From Octopus sinensis (lineage: Eukaryota): a stretch of 64,000 bases of DNA. Of the stretch, positions 51,605-63,824 are shown in pieces. How positions within the stretch are numbered: position 1 is the stretch's first letter; each line of letters opens with the position of its first letter. The stretch is from NCBI RefSeq assembly GCF_006345805.1, contig NC_042999.1, positions 65,596,001 to 65,660,000 of the forward strand, given 5' to 3'. The notes under the pieces were generated by a model. The model did no database searches. It had not been told where the DNA came from and saw only the letters and a list, made by a program, of their open reading frames with translations. The position numbers and the translations under genes are program-made.

Positions 51605-51606
<2 letters not shown>
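49128..51606 (+). repeat. Tandem duplication with a ~1259 bp period (49128-50352 and 50387-51606)
   Basis: Near-identical units joined at (TA)n. Copy 2 has a cluster of 1-nt deletions. Confidence 0.93.
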
Positions 51607-51649
<43 letters not shown>

Positions 51650-51691
51650 CGTACATACATTATATATGCATATATATATTATATATGTAGT

Positions 51692-51915
51692 GGAGGCGCG
51701 TGGCTTAGTGGTTAGGGTGTCAGCATCATGATCGTAAGATTGTGGTTTCGTTTCCTGGACCGGGCGAGGCGTTGTGTTCTTGAGCAAAACGCTTCATTTC
51801 ACGTTGCTGGCAAAAATGAGTAACGCTTCAATGGACTGGCGTCCAATTGGGAAATACATGCACTCTATAAAGCGGGAAACCGAGCTCATGAGCCTGGCTA
51901 GGCTTCAAAAGGGCG
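51692..51915 (+). mobile_element. SINE family C
   Basis: GGAGGCGCGTGGCTTAGTGG head, GTGTTCTTGAGCAAAAC core, CAATGGACTGGCGTCC, and ATGAGCCTGGCTAGGC tail. Confidence 0.8.
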
Positions 51916-52094
51916 CAGTTATTTTATTTATATTATATATGTATAATATATGCTTATATTTTATGTATATATTATAAATAAAATATTAATAATAATAATA
52001 AATGTGTGTGTGTATTAAAATAATTCAGTATATCTCTAAGCGTACGCAATACACACAGAGACACATGTACAACGTATATACTCATACATACACA

Positions 52095-52099
52095 CACAG

Positions 52100-52167
<68 letters not shown>

Positions 52168-52212
52168 TGTTATATATAATATAATATATATGTATATATA
52201 TATATATATATA

Positions 52213-52298
<86 letters not shown>

Positions 52299-52306
52299 TA
52301 TATGTA

Positions 52307-52345
<39 letters not shown>

Positions 52346-52746
52346 ATTATATATATATATATAATATATATATATAGATGTGATATTTATGCACATATTC
52401 ACAAGTATCTACTTGCTTACATGCATATATACATACACACAAATGATCACACACATATACACACATAGATATAGATATACGTATACACATGCATTGAAAT
52501 TATCCCGTAATAATCCCAATGAGCCACAATTGATTTCGACAAAATCGCGAAGTTTTACAGATATTCCGATACTATTGGCATTTCGTCAATATCTTTTGAT
52601 CATAAAATTATATTCATGGATTGATTATTCTTTGAAGTTATTTGGCAGCTCAGATTATACAAATCTGCAGATTGCCGCTTTTTTATGGATTTATAACTTT
52701 ATTTCTTACTATCTATACACACATAAATAAATGCAGACGTTCATTC

Positions 52747-52799
<53 letters not shown>

Positions 52800-53451
52800 A
52801 TATAATATATATATCTAAATATATCTATACATAATATATATATATCTATACATATATATATATCTATACATATATATAAATATATCTATACATATTATAT
52901 AAATATATCTATACATATATATATATATATCTATACATATATATATATCTATACATATATATATATATCTATACATATATATATATATCTATACATATAT
53001 ATATATCTATACATATATATATATCTATACATATATATACATCTTTTACTTGTTTCAGTCATTGGACTGTGGCCATGCTGGAGCACCACCTTGAAGGTTT
53101 TTAGTTGAACAAATCAATCCCAGTATATCTTTTATCTTTTACTAGTTTCAGTCATTGGACATATATATATATATATCTATACATATATATATATATCTAT
53201 ACATATATATATATATCTATACATATATATATATATATATATATCTATACATATGTATATGTATATACATGTATATATATATATGTATATACATATATAT
53301 ATATATCTATAGATATGTATATACATATATATATATACATACATATATATATATCTATAGATATGTATATACATATATATATATACATACATATATATAT
53401 ATATCTATAGATATGTATATACATATATATATATATGTATATACATATATA
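52095..53451. repeat. Long (TA)n and TCTATACA(TA)n arrays with an intervening unique stretch and a SINE-B tail fragment (~53040-53160, -)
   Basis: Direct reading; CTTTTACTTGTTTCAGTCATTGGACTGTGGCCATGCTGGAGCACCACC is present. Confidence 0.85.
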
Positions 53452-56400
53452 TAAAAAGCAATCAAATAAACAAATCACCAAAACAATTAAAACCATCCAC
53501 TCTCGCCTCAACATTTCTGCTTAATGCCCAAGGCATCAGCCCTTCCACCAATACACAAAAATGGAAGATAAGATTCCTGGAGGACTGGGTCGAGGCCCAT
53601 CCAAACCACATCCCTTTCTTCGTTCTCACTGAAACCCATCTTAGTGACCTCCACTTGGAAGCCGAGGTGAAAGTTAAAATTTCAAAAACCATTCGTGCTG
53701 ATCGTGTTGGCAGAAGAAAGGGTGGGACTGCCATTTATGTCCATGATTCATTCTCAACAGAAGCCATGAACATATTTTCGAATGGATACTGCGAAGCAGT
53801 CGCTCTGTATTCAGTAACCAACAACTTAACAGTAGTTGGGCTCTACAGACACCCCAAACGCCCCTACCATGCTTCAAGGAATGCCTCAGCAGCATAAAGT
53901 GTTTCATTCAGCAGTGTCAACCTGACAACATTTTAATGATGGGAGATTTCAACCTTCCCGGGGTTGACTGGTCTACAAACAGTCTGCCGCCAGGTTCTTC
54001 TCTCTCAACCCCTGACAGGGAGGCAGTGGAATCGCTTCTTGACTTCATGGATGACTTCTTCTTGTCCCAACTGGTACTCGAACCAACGAGATGTCACAAA
54101 AACGTCTTAGACTTAATTTTCAGCAATCACACTGATACTATCCACAATATTGCAGTGGAGAAAACCCTACTCTCCGACCATGACATGGTTCTCTGTGATC
54201 TGAGATTTCACTGGCCAAAATGCAAAACAAATGTCATCCCCTCTGTTCATCCATTTGACACTATGGATTTCCACAATGCAAACTGGGAAGCGATCAATAA
54301 TGATCTTGCACAAGTCGATTGGTCCTTCACGCACACATACACACCCACTAACATCAAAAAGTCCTGGCAGTCACTTGTAGACACCATCACGAACATATGT
54401 GCAAGACACACCCCATTAAGATCTGCAAACAAATCTAAGTGTCGAATCCCTAGAAATAGAAAATCTCTCATAAGGAAAATTAAAAGAATCAACAAAAAGA
54501 TCAACATGCTGAAATACTGTCAACAGCAACACACCAACCTGACTGCCATCTCGTCGCTAGAGATTAAAAAACATAAACTCCAAAACAACATGATGTCTAT
54601 CATCAATAGTCAGCGAAGAGCTGAAGAGGCCTGGGCCATTGAGAAGATCAAACTCAATCCCAAAGTGTTCTTTTCATTTGCAAAAAAACACAGAGTCACT
54701 GGTTCTACTGTTGGCCCTCTGATTGATGAAAATGGTACTCTTCAAGACAATGCCAAAACCATGGGAGAAATATTGCAGAAACAATATTGCTCTGTTTTCA
54801 GCAATCCTGATATGACTGATCTGGGCTGTATCAGTGATGTTACTCCCCAATACACTTTATCGGACATAACATTTGGCGCTCCTGATGTCTTAGCAGCAAT
54901 AAAGGAAATGAAGCATAATTCAGCAGTAGGTCCCGATAGGTTCCCTGCTTGTGTCTTGAAGATGTGTCAAAACCAACTTGCACCCCCTCTAGCCAATCTG
55001 TGGCGGAACTCATTGGATGCTGGATATATACCAGAAGACCTTCTATCCCAGTCTGTTGTCCCAGTTTTCAAAAAAGGAAACAAATCGCTTGCCGTGAATT
55101 ACCGTCCAATCTCACTCACCTCTCATATCATCAAGGTATTTGAGAGGGTGCTGAGATCGCGTATGACTCACTTCCTTGAGAGTCATAATATGCTGAACCC
55201 CAACCAGCATGGATTCCGTAATGGGAGAGATTGCCTGACGCAGCTACTACTGCATCATTTTGATGACATTTTGAGAGCCTTGGGAGAAGGTTCCAACACT
55301 GATGTCATCTACCTTGATTTCAGCAAGGCCTTTGACAGGTTGATCATAAGATCCTTCTGAGAAAGCTGTCCAATATTGGTGTCACTGGAAAGCTGCTGCA
55401 ATGGATCAAGTGCTTCCTCTCTAACAGAACCCAACATGTTGTAGTCGAAGGAGTCAAATCCAGCCCAGCCAAAGTCAGCAGTGGTGTCCCACAAGGCACT
55501 GTGTTGGGCCCACTTCTCTTCATCATCTACATAATGATATTACTGACACCATCAAACACAGCAACATCAGAACCTTCGCTGATGATTCCAAGCTCCAGAA
55601 GGTCATCAATGGCGTGGATGACCGAATAACCTTCAGTCAGACCTACTGGCTGTTGTCCAATGGGCGGAAAAGAATAACATGTTGCTAAATGAAGACAAAT
55701 TCGAACTGATCCACTTTGGAAGGGAGGACGCTCTGAAACTCCCATACTCTCTTCCTTCTGGAGAAATTCTCATGGCATCCAACAACATCAGAGACCTGGG
55801 AGTAACAGTGGACAACAACATAAGCTGGGCTACACATATAAGCAGCAAAGTTGACATGGCCCGCAGAATGTGTTCCTGGATTCTCAGAACCTTCCAGTCG
55901 AGAGATTCCCACGCTATTATCCTTCTCTTCTCCACTTTTGCCCGACCCCACCTTGAATACTGCTGTCCACTGTGGTCTCCCTACACAAAACAAAATATTA
56001 TGAGAATTGAAGCTCCCCAAAGGTCAATCACAAAAAGATAGATGGCATGTCAGACCTTGACTACTGGGGTAGACTAGAGAAGCTGAAATTGTATTCACTC
56101 CAACGACGCCGTGAACGCTACATTATCTGTATGATGTGGAAAATATTCCATCAGCACTGTCCGAATGATGTTGGCATCACCTTCAAAATGCATCCAAGGC
56201 TTGGACCACATGCCATCCGTCCACAACAAAATCTAAATCGCATCACATAACGACAATACGGCACAACTATTTCACCTCAATTGGACCCGCTCTCTTCAAC
56301 ATTACACCAGGACACGTCAAAAAAGAAACTGACCACACAAAATTCAAGAAGTCTTTGGACAAATTCCTTCGAACAGTACCGGACAAACCACCCACACCCG

Positions 56401-56547
56401 GATATGTCTCCGCAAACAATAACTCTCTGCTCGAATGGGCCTTGGTGCCCAAATCCTGAACTGAAAGACTTCGCCAGGTGGTGCTATTAAGTTAGACATG
56501 GCCTGGGCCAATACTGGCCAAAAACCTTTCTAAGTTATTCTAAGTTA
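53452..56547 (+). mobile_element. Young CR1/L2-group LINE, 5'-truncated at the ORF1/ORF2 junction; APE endonuclease + RT split by frameshifts
   Basis: LTETHL, RKGGTAIYV, MMGDFNLP, LLSDHDMV, NYRPISL, IYLDFSKAFD, PQGTVLGPLLF, FADD and YSLQRRRERY motifs; TCTAAGTTAT tandem tail. Confidence 0.95.
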
Positions 56548-56591
56548 TATATCTATAGATATGTATATACATATATATATATATACATATG

Positions 56592-56630
<39 letters not shown>

Positions 56631-57215
56631 GTATATACATATATATATAGAGATATGTATATACATATATATATATATATACCATATATATAGATATGTA
56701 TATACATATATATCCATATGTATATACATATATATATATCCATATGTATATACATATATATATATCCTTATGTATATACATATATATATATCCTTATGTA
56801 TATACATATATATATATCCTTATGTATATACATATATATATATCTATACATATATATATGCATATATATATATCTATTCATATGTACATACATATATATA
56901 TCTATACATATGTACATACATATATATATCTATACATATGTACATACATATATATATCTATACATATGTACATATATATATATCTATACATATGTACATA
57001 CATATATATATCTATACATATGTACATACATATATATATCTATACATGTACATACATATATATATCTATACAATGTACATACATATATATATCTATACAT
57101 ATGTACATACATATATATATCTATACATATGTACATACATATATATATCTATACATATGTACATACATATATATATCTATACATATGTACATACATATAT
57201 ATATCTATACATATG

Positions 57216-57264
<49 letters not shown>

Positions 57265-57265
57265 C

Positions 57266-57303
<38 letters not shown>

Positions 57304-57305
57304 CC
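56548..57305. repeat. Composite minisatellite TCTATACATATGTACATACA(TA)n
   Basis: Direct reading; it is the source of the spurious 200+ aa YI-repeat ORFs. Confidence 0.95.
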
Positions 57306-58018
57306 ATCAAAGTAAAATTTAGCATATTTAATGTACGTATTTCTAGAGTTATGTGCTTGAATATGTTTCCAACTTCTCACTAGACATACGCAAGCTATTA
57401 CTTTGTCTCTTTCCGTTTGCTATATTGACATTTCTTACTGAACTATGTAATACGGTAATGCATGTGTTAATCTCTAATCTTATAAATCAAAGAAACGTAT
57501 AGGTTTTTCCATCTTTTACATAACCTCAACAGTCTGTGTTCTGTGTGTTTGATCAATAAGTGTGACGTACTTCTTCGTCGAGACGTTTTCTGAGAAATTG
57601 TATTATATATATTCTGTGGAGACCGCGTACAAAGCTGTTCATTGATATTGCTTTGTAATTACATTATTATTTGATGTCAGATTAATGTTTGTATTATAGT
57701 ATCCAACACCGATAATTACTATGAAGACTCCAGAAGAACAAAAACCCCGACAAATCGTCATCCGACGCATCTATCAGCGAGTGCATATATTTGCATGACC
57801 AATATCAGAAACACCAATTGGAATCAAATATAGCTCTTCACAAATGAACTGTATATATGATTCTAAAAGATAAGCATACGTATATAAATATACGCAAACA
57901 CGCACACACATATCGCCGCACACGCACACATATTAACACATGGATATATATATATATACTGAGAAACATAGATATACATACATATGTACATGTATAGATA
58001 TATACTAAATAAAAATAA

Positions 58019-58257
58019 ATGCGCCCTTTTAAAGCCTAGCCAGGCTCATGGACCCGGTTTCCCAGTTTCAATAGCGTATATGTTCCCCAGGGGCGCCAGT
58101 CCATTGCAGCGTTACTCATTTTTGCCAGCTGAGTGGACTGAGCAACGTGAAATGAAGTGTTTTGCTCAAGAACACAACGCATCGCCCGGTCCAGGAATCG
58201 AAACCACAAACTTATGATCATGATGCTGACACCATAACCACTAAGCCACGCGCCTCC
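58019..58257 (-). mobile_element. SINE family C
   Basis: Reverse-complement match to the 51692 copy. Confidence 0.85.
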
Positions 58258-58939
58258 ACAGATATATACTATATTATATTATATTCATATTGGATATTTC
58301 TATGTATTAATATATATATATATATACACACACACTATATGAAAGTAATACGTATGTTAGTGCAGGAAGTGAATGCTATTTTCAGTGCCAATTCCAATAC
58401 AGATTACACTATGCACTGACCGAGAAACTACGGCGTCACTCATCCCACAAACGTACCTTGCTTTAAACAATATGATATTGTGATGAACATATTACACAAA
58501 GACAATATAGTCTGGTCCATCGTTGAAAGCCTTGTGGCTATACAGGTCTCTTCCTTAGAATACTACAGTACAATACAGCTATAATGCAAGGTATTTATTC
58601 TAAATAGTTAGGGCCTAAATAAACCGTATCAAAACCACCAACAATTGTATTACTCCTTAGAAGTAAGTGATGTTGTCTCAGATTTTGCCGAAGTAAAATT
58701 TATGAACTGGCGTAAAATTAATGCGAACGAAAATATAGTTCTTTCGATTTTTTTTGTTCATGCTCTAAAGGAGGAAGCTCAGCTCATGTACCATTTCACG
58801 GTTCTTACCAGAAAATGCTCAGACATATCCGATAGATAATCAGGCTCACCATCTAAGGATCAACAAGTGTACAAGAGACACTTTAAACGCTGGCATGGAA
58901 CGTAATCGGCTAAAGACAGATCGGGCGCTAGAGATGTTA

Positions 58940-59370
58940 TTAAATATTATCAGGAGTGGTGTGCATGAAACAGCCATTTAGATTGCATTTCCAGTTATTT
59001 TCTATATACAGTGAGAATGGGTTTCTGCATTTTTCTAGTACCTTACGAAAAAGATTGAGATCTAGGCACCCCAAGACTAGGTTAGGAAATGAGGTGGCCA
59101 TTCGCGTGCCCAGATAGAAGTTGTCATTAAATACGAAGAAAGCATTCTCCAAAGTGAATTTTAGCCTTTTTATTACGAATTCTTTGTTGATGAGGTGTGC
59201 GAGTTCATTAAAGTAATTCGCTAGCCAGCATTGGATTGAATCTATTCCAAGGCTGTGAGGGATATTGGAATAAATGTTGACTACATCAAAGGATACTTGT
59301 AGGTTGATTTTAATAATTATTTCAGGGAGGTAATTGAGCATATCTAGGACGGTCCGTATGTAGTTTTTGA
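58940..59370 (-). pseudogene. Penelope-like reverse transcriptase fragment
   Basis: VSFDVVNIYSNIP, LKFTLENAFFVFND..FY and GTRMA..F.NL..G.L resemble PLE RT motifs; degraded. Confidence 0.7.
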
Positions 59371-59429
59371 TATGCTCTTGATATGCTTACGTATCTTTTC
59401 TCATATATATATATATATATATATATATC

Positions 59430-59464
<35 letters not shown>

Positions 59465-60243
59465 ATATAATATATATATATATATGTATGTATGTATATA
59501 AATATATATATATATATATGTATGTATATAAATATATATATATGTATGTATATAAATATATACATATATGTATGTATATAAATATATATATATGTATGTA
59601 TATAAATATATATATATGTATGTATATAAATATATATATATATGTATATAAATATATATTATATATGTATATAAATATATAATATATATATCTAATATTA
59701 TATTATATAATATATATATATATGTATATAAATATATTATGATATAGATATATATATAATGTATGTATGTATGTATATATATATATATATATATGTATGT
59801 ATATGTATAATATATATGTATATATATGTATATGTATATATGAATAACTTAGAAAGGTATTGGCCAGTATTGGCCCAGGCCATGTCTAACTTAAGAGCAC
59901 CACCTGGCGAAGTCTTTCAGTTCAGGATTTGGGCACCAAGGCCCATTCGAGCAGAGAGTTATTGTTTGCGGAGACATATCCAGGTGTGGGTGGTTTGTCC
60001 GGTACTGTTTGAAGGAATTTGTCCAAAGACTTCTTGAATTTTGTGTGGTCAGTTTCTTTTTTGACGTGCCCTGGTGTAATGTTGAAGAGAGCAGGTCCAA
60101 TTGAGGTGAAATAGTTGTGCCGTATTGTCGTTATGTGATGCGATTTAGATTTTGTTGTGGGGGCGGATGGCACGTGGTCCAAGCCTTGGATGCATTTTGA
60201 AGGTGATGCCAACATCATTCGGACAGTGCTGGTGGAATATTTT

Positions 60244-62619
60244 TCACATCATACAGATAATGTAGCGTTCACGGCGTCGTTGGAGTGAATACAATTTCAG
60301 CTTCTCTAGTCTACCCCAGTAGTCAAGGTCTGACATGCCATCTATCTTTTTTGTGATTGACCTTTGGGGAGCTTCAATTCTCATAATATTTTGTTTTGTG
60401 TAGGGAGACCACAGTGGACAGCAGTATTCAAGGTGGGGTCGGGCAAAAGTGGAGAAGAGAAGGATAATAGCGTGGGAATCTCTCGACTGGAACGTTCTGA
60501 GAATCCAGGAACACATTCTGCGGGCCATGTCAACTTTGCTGCTTATATGTGTAGCCCAGCTTATGTTGTTGTCCACTGTTACTCCCAGGTCTCTGATGTT
60601 GTTGGATGCCATGAGAATTTCTCCAGAAGGAAGAGAGTATGGGATTTTCAGAGCATCCTCCCTTCCAAAGTGGATCAGTTCAAATTTGTCTTCATTTAGC
60701 AACATGTTATTCTTTTCCGCCCATTGGACAACAGCCAGTAGGTCTGACTGAAGGTTTATTCGGTCATCCACGCCATTGATGACCTTCTGGAGCTTGGAAT
60801 CATCAGCGAAGGTTCTGATGTTACTGTGTTTGATGGTGTCAGTAATATCATTTATGTAGATGATGAAGAGAAGTGGGCCCAACACAGTGCCTTGTGGGAC
60901 ACCACTGCTGACTTTGGCTGGGGTGGATTTGACTCCTTCGACTACAACATGTTGTGTTCTGTTAGACAGGAAGCACTTGATCCACTGCAGCAGCTTTCCA
61001 GTGACACCAATATTGGACGGATTTCTCAGAAGGATCTTATGATCAACCCTGTCAAAGGCCTTGCTGAAATCAAAGTAGATGACATCAGTGTTGGAACCTT
61101 CTCCCAAGGCTCTCAAAATGTCATCAACGTGATGCAGTAGCTGCGTCAAGCAATCTCTCCCATTACGGAATCTATGCTGGTTGGGGTTCAGCATATTATG
61201 ACTCTCAAGGAAGTGAGTCATACGCGATCTCAGCACCCTCTCAAATACCTTGATGATATGAGAGGTGAGTGAGATTGGCCGGTAATTCACGGCAAGCGAT
61301 TTGTTTCCTTTTTTGAAAACTGGGACAACAGACTGGGATAGAAGGTCTTCTGGTATATATCCAGCATCCAGTGAGTTCCGCCACAGATTGGCTAGAGGGG
61401 GTGCAAGTTGGTTTTGACACATCTTCAAGACACAAGCAGGGAACCTATCGGGACCTACTGCTGAATTATGCTTCATATCCTTTATTGCTGCTAAGACATC
61501 AGGAGCGCTAAATGTTATGTCCGATAAAGTGTATTGGGGAGTAACATCACTGATACAGCCCAGATCAGTCATATCAGGATTGCTGAAAACAGAGCAATGT
61601 TGTTTCTGCAATATCTCTCCCATGGTTTTGGCATTGTCTTGAAGAGTACCATTTTCATCAATCAGAGGGCCAACAGTAGAACCAGTGACTCTGTGTTTTT
61701 TTGCAAATGAAAAGAACACTTTGGGATTGAGTTTGATCTTCTCAATGGCCCAGGCCTCTTCAGCTCTTTGCTGACTATTGATGATAGACATCATGTTGTT
61801 TTGGAGTTTATGTTTTTTAATCTCTAGCGACGAGACGGCAGTCAGGTTGGTGTGTTGCTGTTGACGGTATTTCAGCATGTTGATCTTTTTGTTGATTCTT
61901 TTAATTTTCCTTATGAGAGATTTTCTATTTCTAGGGATTCGACACTTAGATTTGTTTGCAGATCTTAATGGGGTGTGTCTTGCACATATGTTCGTGATGG
62001 TGTCTACAAGTGACTGCCAGGACTTTTTGATGTTAGTGGGTGTGTATGTGTGCGTGAAGGACCAATCGACTTGTGCAAGATCATTATTGATCGCTTCCCA
62101 GTTTGCATTGTGGAAATCCATAGTATCAAATGGATGAACAGGAGGGATGACATTTGTTTTGCATTTTGGCCAGTGAAATCTCAGATCACAGAGAACCATA
62201 TCATGGTCGGAGAGTAGGGTTTTCTCCACTGCAATATTGTGGATAGTATCAGTGTGATTGCTGAAAATTAAGTCTAGGACGTTTTTGTGACATCTCGTTG
62301 GTTCGAGTACCAGTTGGGACAAGAAGAAGTCATCCATGAATTCAAGAAGCGATTCCACTGCCTCCCTGTCAGGGGTTGTGGGAGAAGAACCTGGCGGCAG
62401 ACTTTTTGTAGACCAGTCAACCCCGGGAAGGTTGAAGTCTCCCATCATTAAAATGTTGTCAGGTTGACACTGCTGAATGAAACACTTTATGCTGTTGAGG
62501 CATTCCTTGAAGCATGGTAGGGGCGTTTGGGGTGGTCTGTAGAGCCCAACTACTGTTAAGTTGTTGGTTTGACTGAATACAACGACTGCTTCGCAGTATC
62601 CATTGGAAAATATGTTCAT
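60244..62619 (-). CDS. LINE ORF2 main segment (APE + RT, 791 aa). True start probably ATG 62939 via one frameshift; premature TGA near 60244
   Basis: ORF track peptide carries APE and RT motifs. The upstream ORF 62616-62939 holds the N-terminal APE motifs. The + copy has TGG where this copy has TGA. Confidence 0.85.
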   Translation of the reverse strand: MNIFSNGYCEAVVVFSQTNNLTVVGLYRPPQTPLPCFKECLNSIKCFIQQCQPDNILMMGDFNLPGVDWSTKSLPPGSSPTTPDREAVESLLEFMDDFFLSQLVLEPTRCHKNVLDLIFSNHTDTIHNIAVEKTLLSDHDMVLCDLRFHWPKCKTNVIPPVHPFDTMDFHNANWEAINNDLAQVDWSFTHTYTPTNIKKSWQSLVDTITNICARHTPLRSANKSKCRIPRNRKSLIRKIKRINKKINMLKYRQQQHTNLTAVSSLEIKKHKLQNNMMSIINSQQRAEEAWAIEKIKLNPKVFFSFAKKHRVTGSTVGPLIDENGTLQDNAKTMGEILQKQHCSVFSNPDMTDLGCISDVTPQYTLSDITFSAPDVLAAIKDMKHNSAVGPDRFPACVLKMCQNQLAPPLANLWRNSLDAGYIPEDLLSQSVVPVFKKGNKSLAVNYRPISLTSHIIKVFERVLRSRMTHFLESHNMLNPNQHRFRNGRDCLTQLLHHVDDILRALGEGSNTDVIYFDFSKAFDRVDHKILLRNPSNIGVTGKLLQWIKCFLSNRTQHVVVEGVKSTPAKVSSGVPQGTVLGPLLFIIYINDITDTIKHSNIRTFADDSKLQKVINGVDDRINLQSDLLAVVQWAEKNNMLLNEDKFELIHFGREDALKIPYSLPSGEILMASNNIRDLGVTVDNNISWATHISSKVDMARRMCSWILRTFQSRDSHAIILLFSTFARPHLEYCCPLWSPYTKQNIMRIEAPQRSITKKIDGMSDLDYWGRLEKLKLYSLQRRRERYIICMM

Positions 62620-62929
62620 GGCTTCTGTTGAGAGTGAATCATGGACATAAATGGCAGCCCCACCCTTTCTTCTGCCAGCACGATCAGCACAATGGGTTTG
62701 AAATTTTTAACTTTCACCTCGGCTTCCAAGTGGAGGTCACTAAGATGGGTTTCAGTGAGGACGAAGAAAGGGATGTGGTTGGGATGGGCCTCGACCCAGT
62801 CCTCCAGGAATCTTATCTTCCATTTTTGTGTATTGGTGGAAGGGCTGATGCCTTGGGCATTAAGCAGAAATGTTGAGGCGAGAGTGGATGGTTTTAATTG
62901 TTTTGGTGATTTGTTTATTTGATTGCTTT

Positions 62930-63430
62930 TTAATGGCATGTGCAGTGGGGTAATAGTGGTGGATGGTGGTGGGTGATAGCTCGGATGTTTTTTTCCAGTT
63001 CTTTTGCTAGATTCATTATAGCTAAAAAAGAGGCAGAAGAGGAGGTGGTTTCCTGTCTAGGGAACCGCAGGTGACTGTGGCCGCGGCTATTTTTATGTGA
63101 GTGGTTATCTTTAAATGTCCGACGAGTCCCCGGGAGATGGGTAAAGGGGCAATCCCTGTGCAAACACAATCTGTCTCGCTGGGAATAGCGGCAGATTTGG
63201 GGATTCCTTGTTTGAGATATTGGTGGTTGTGATGGTGTTGTATTATGGTGGTTGCTGTTGTAGTTTGTGGGGATAGAGCGTTTTGTTCCAGGTAAATGGG
63301 TGAATTTGCAGTCTCTATCAGGGCACAGTCTATGGCGAAGAGAATATCGGCAAATGATGGGGTTTCGAGTGGGTGTGTAGGTGCGTGTGTGTGTGTGTGT
63401 GAGTTGTGAAAGGTGTAGATGATAGTTTGT
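62930..63430 (-). CDS. LINE ORF1 C-terminal part with two tandem C-x8-C-x4-C-x3-H motifs
   Basis: Open frame ...[31 protein letters not shown]...[31 protein letters not shown]...SFLAIMNL...CTCH*. The stop overlaps the ORF2 start region by 10 nt. Confidence 0.7.
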   Translation of the reverse strand, partial: TNYHLHLSQLTHTHTRTYTPTRNPIICRYSLRHRLCPDRDCKFTHLPGTKRSIPTNYNSNHHNTTPSQPPISQTRNPQICRYSQRDRLCLHRDCPFTHLPGTRRTFKDNHSHKNSRGHSHLRFPRQETTSSSASFLAIMNLAKELEKNIRAITHHHPPLLPHCTCH

Positions 63431-63432
63431 AT

Positions 63433-63453
63433 GTATATATATATATAGATATG

Positions 63454-63484
<31 letters not shown>

Positions 63485-63770
63485 GTATGTAAGTATATAT
63501 ATATATATGTATGTATATATATATGTATGTAAGTATATATATATATATATATATGCATGTATATATATATGTATGTAAGTATATATATATATATATATGC
63601 ATGTAAGTATATATATATATGTATGTATATAATATGTATGTAAGTATATATATATATATGCATGTAAGTATATATATATGTATGTAAGTATGTATGTATG
63701 TGTATGTATATATATATGTATGTATATATATATATACGTATGTATATATATATGTATATATGTATGTAAG

Positions 63771-63824
<54 letters not shown>

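Larger units (their letters stand above)
59842..63432 (-). mobile_element. Young CR1/L2-group LINE, second copy, with ORF1 C-terminus and near-complete ORF2
   Basis: Reverse complement of the 53452 copy plus ~480 extra 5' bases; same 3' tail. Confidence 0.95.

Noticed and set aside
56540-57383. Long YI/IY/HT-repeat ORFs (also at 18.7, 26.5, 44.5-45.1, 47.4-48.0, 52-53.5, 59.4 and 63-64 kb)
   Set aside because: These are translations of (TA)n-based microsatellites that happen to lack stops.
54247-62137. Antisense ORFs inside the LINEs and mariner (e.g. 54247-54507, 55633-56020, 60364-61140, 43681-44022)
   Set aside because: These are shadow frames of the transposon coding strands.
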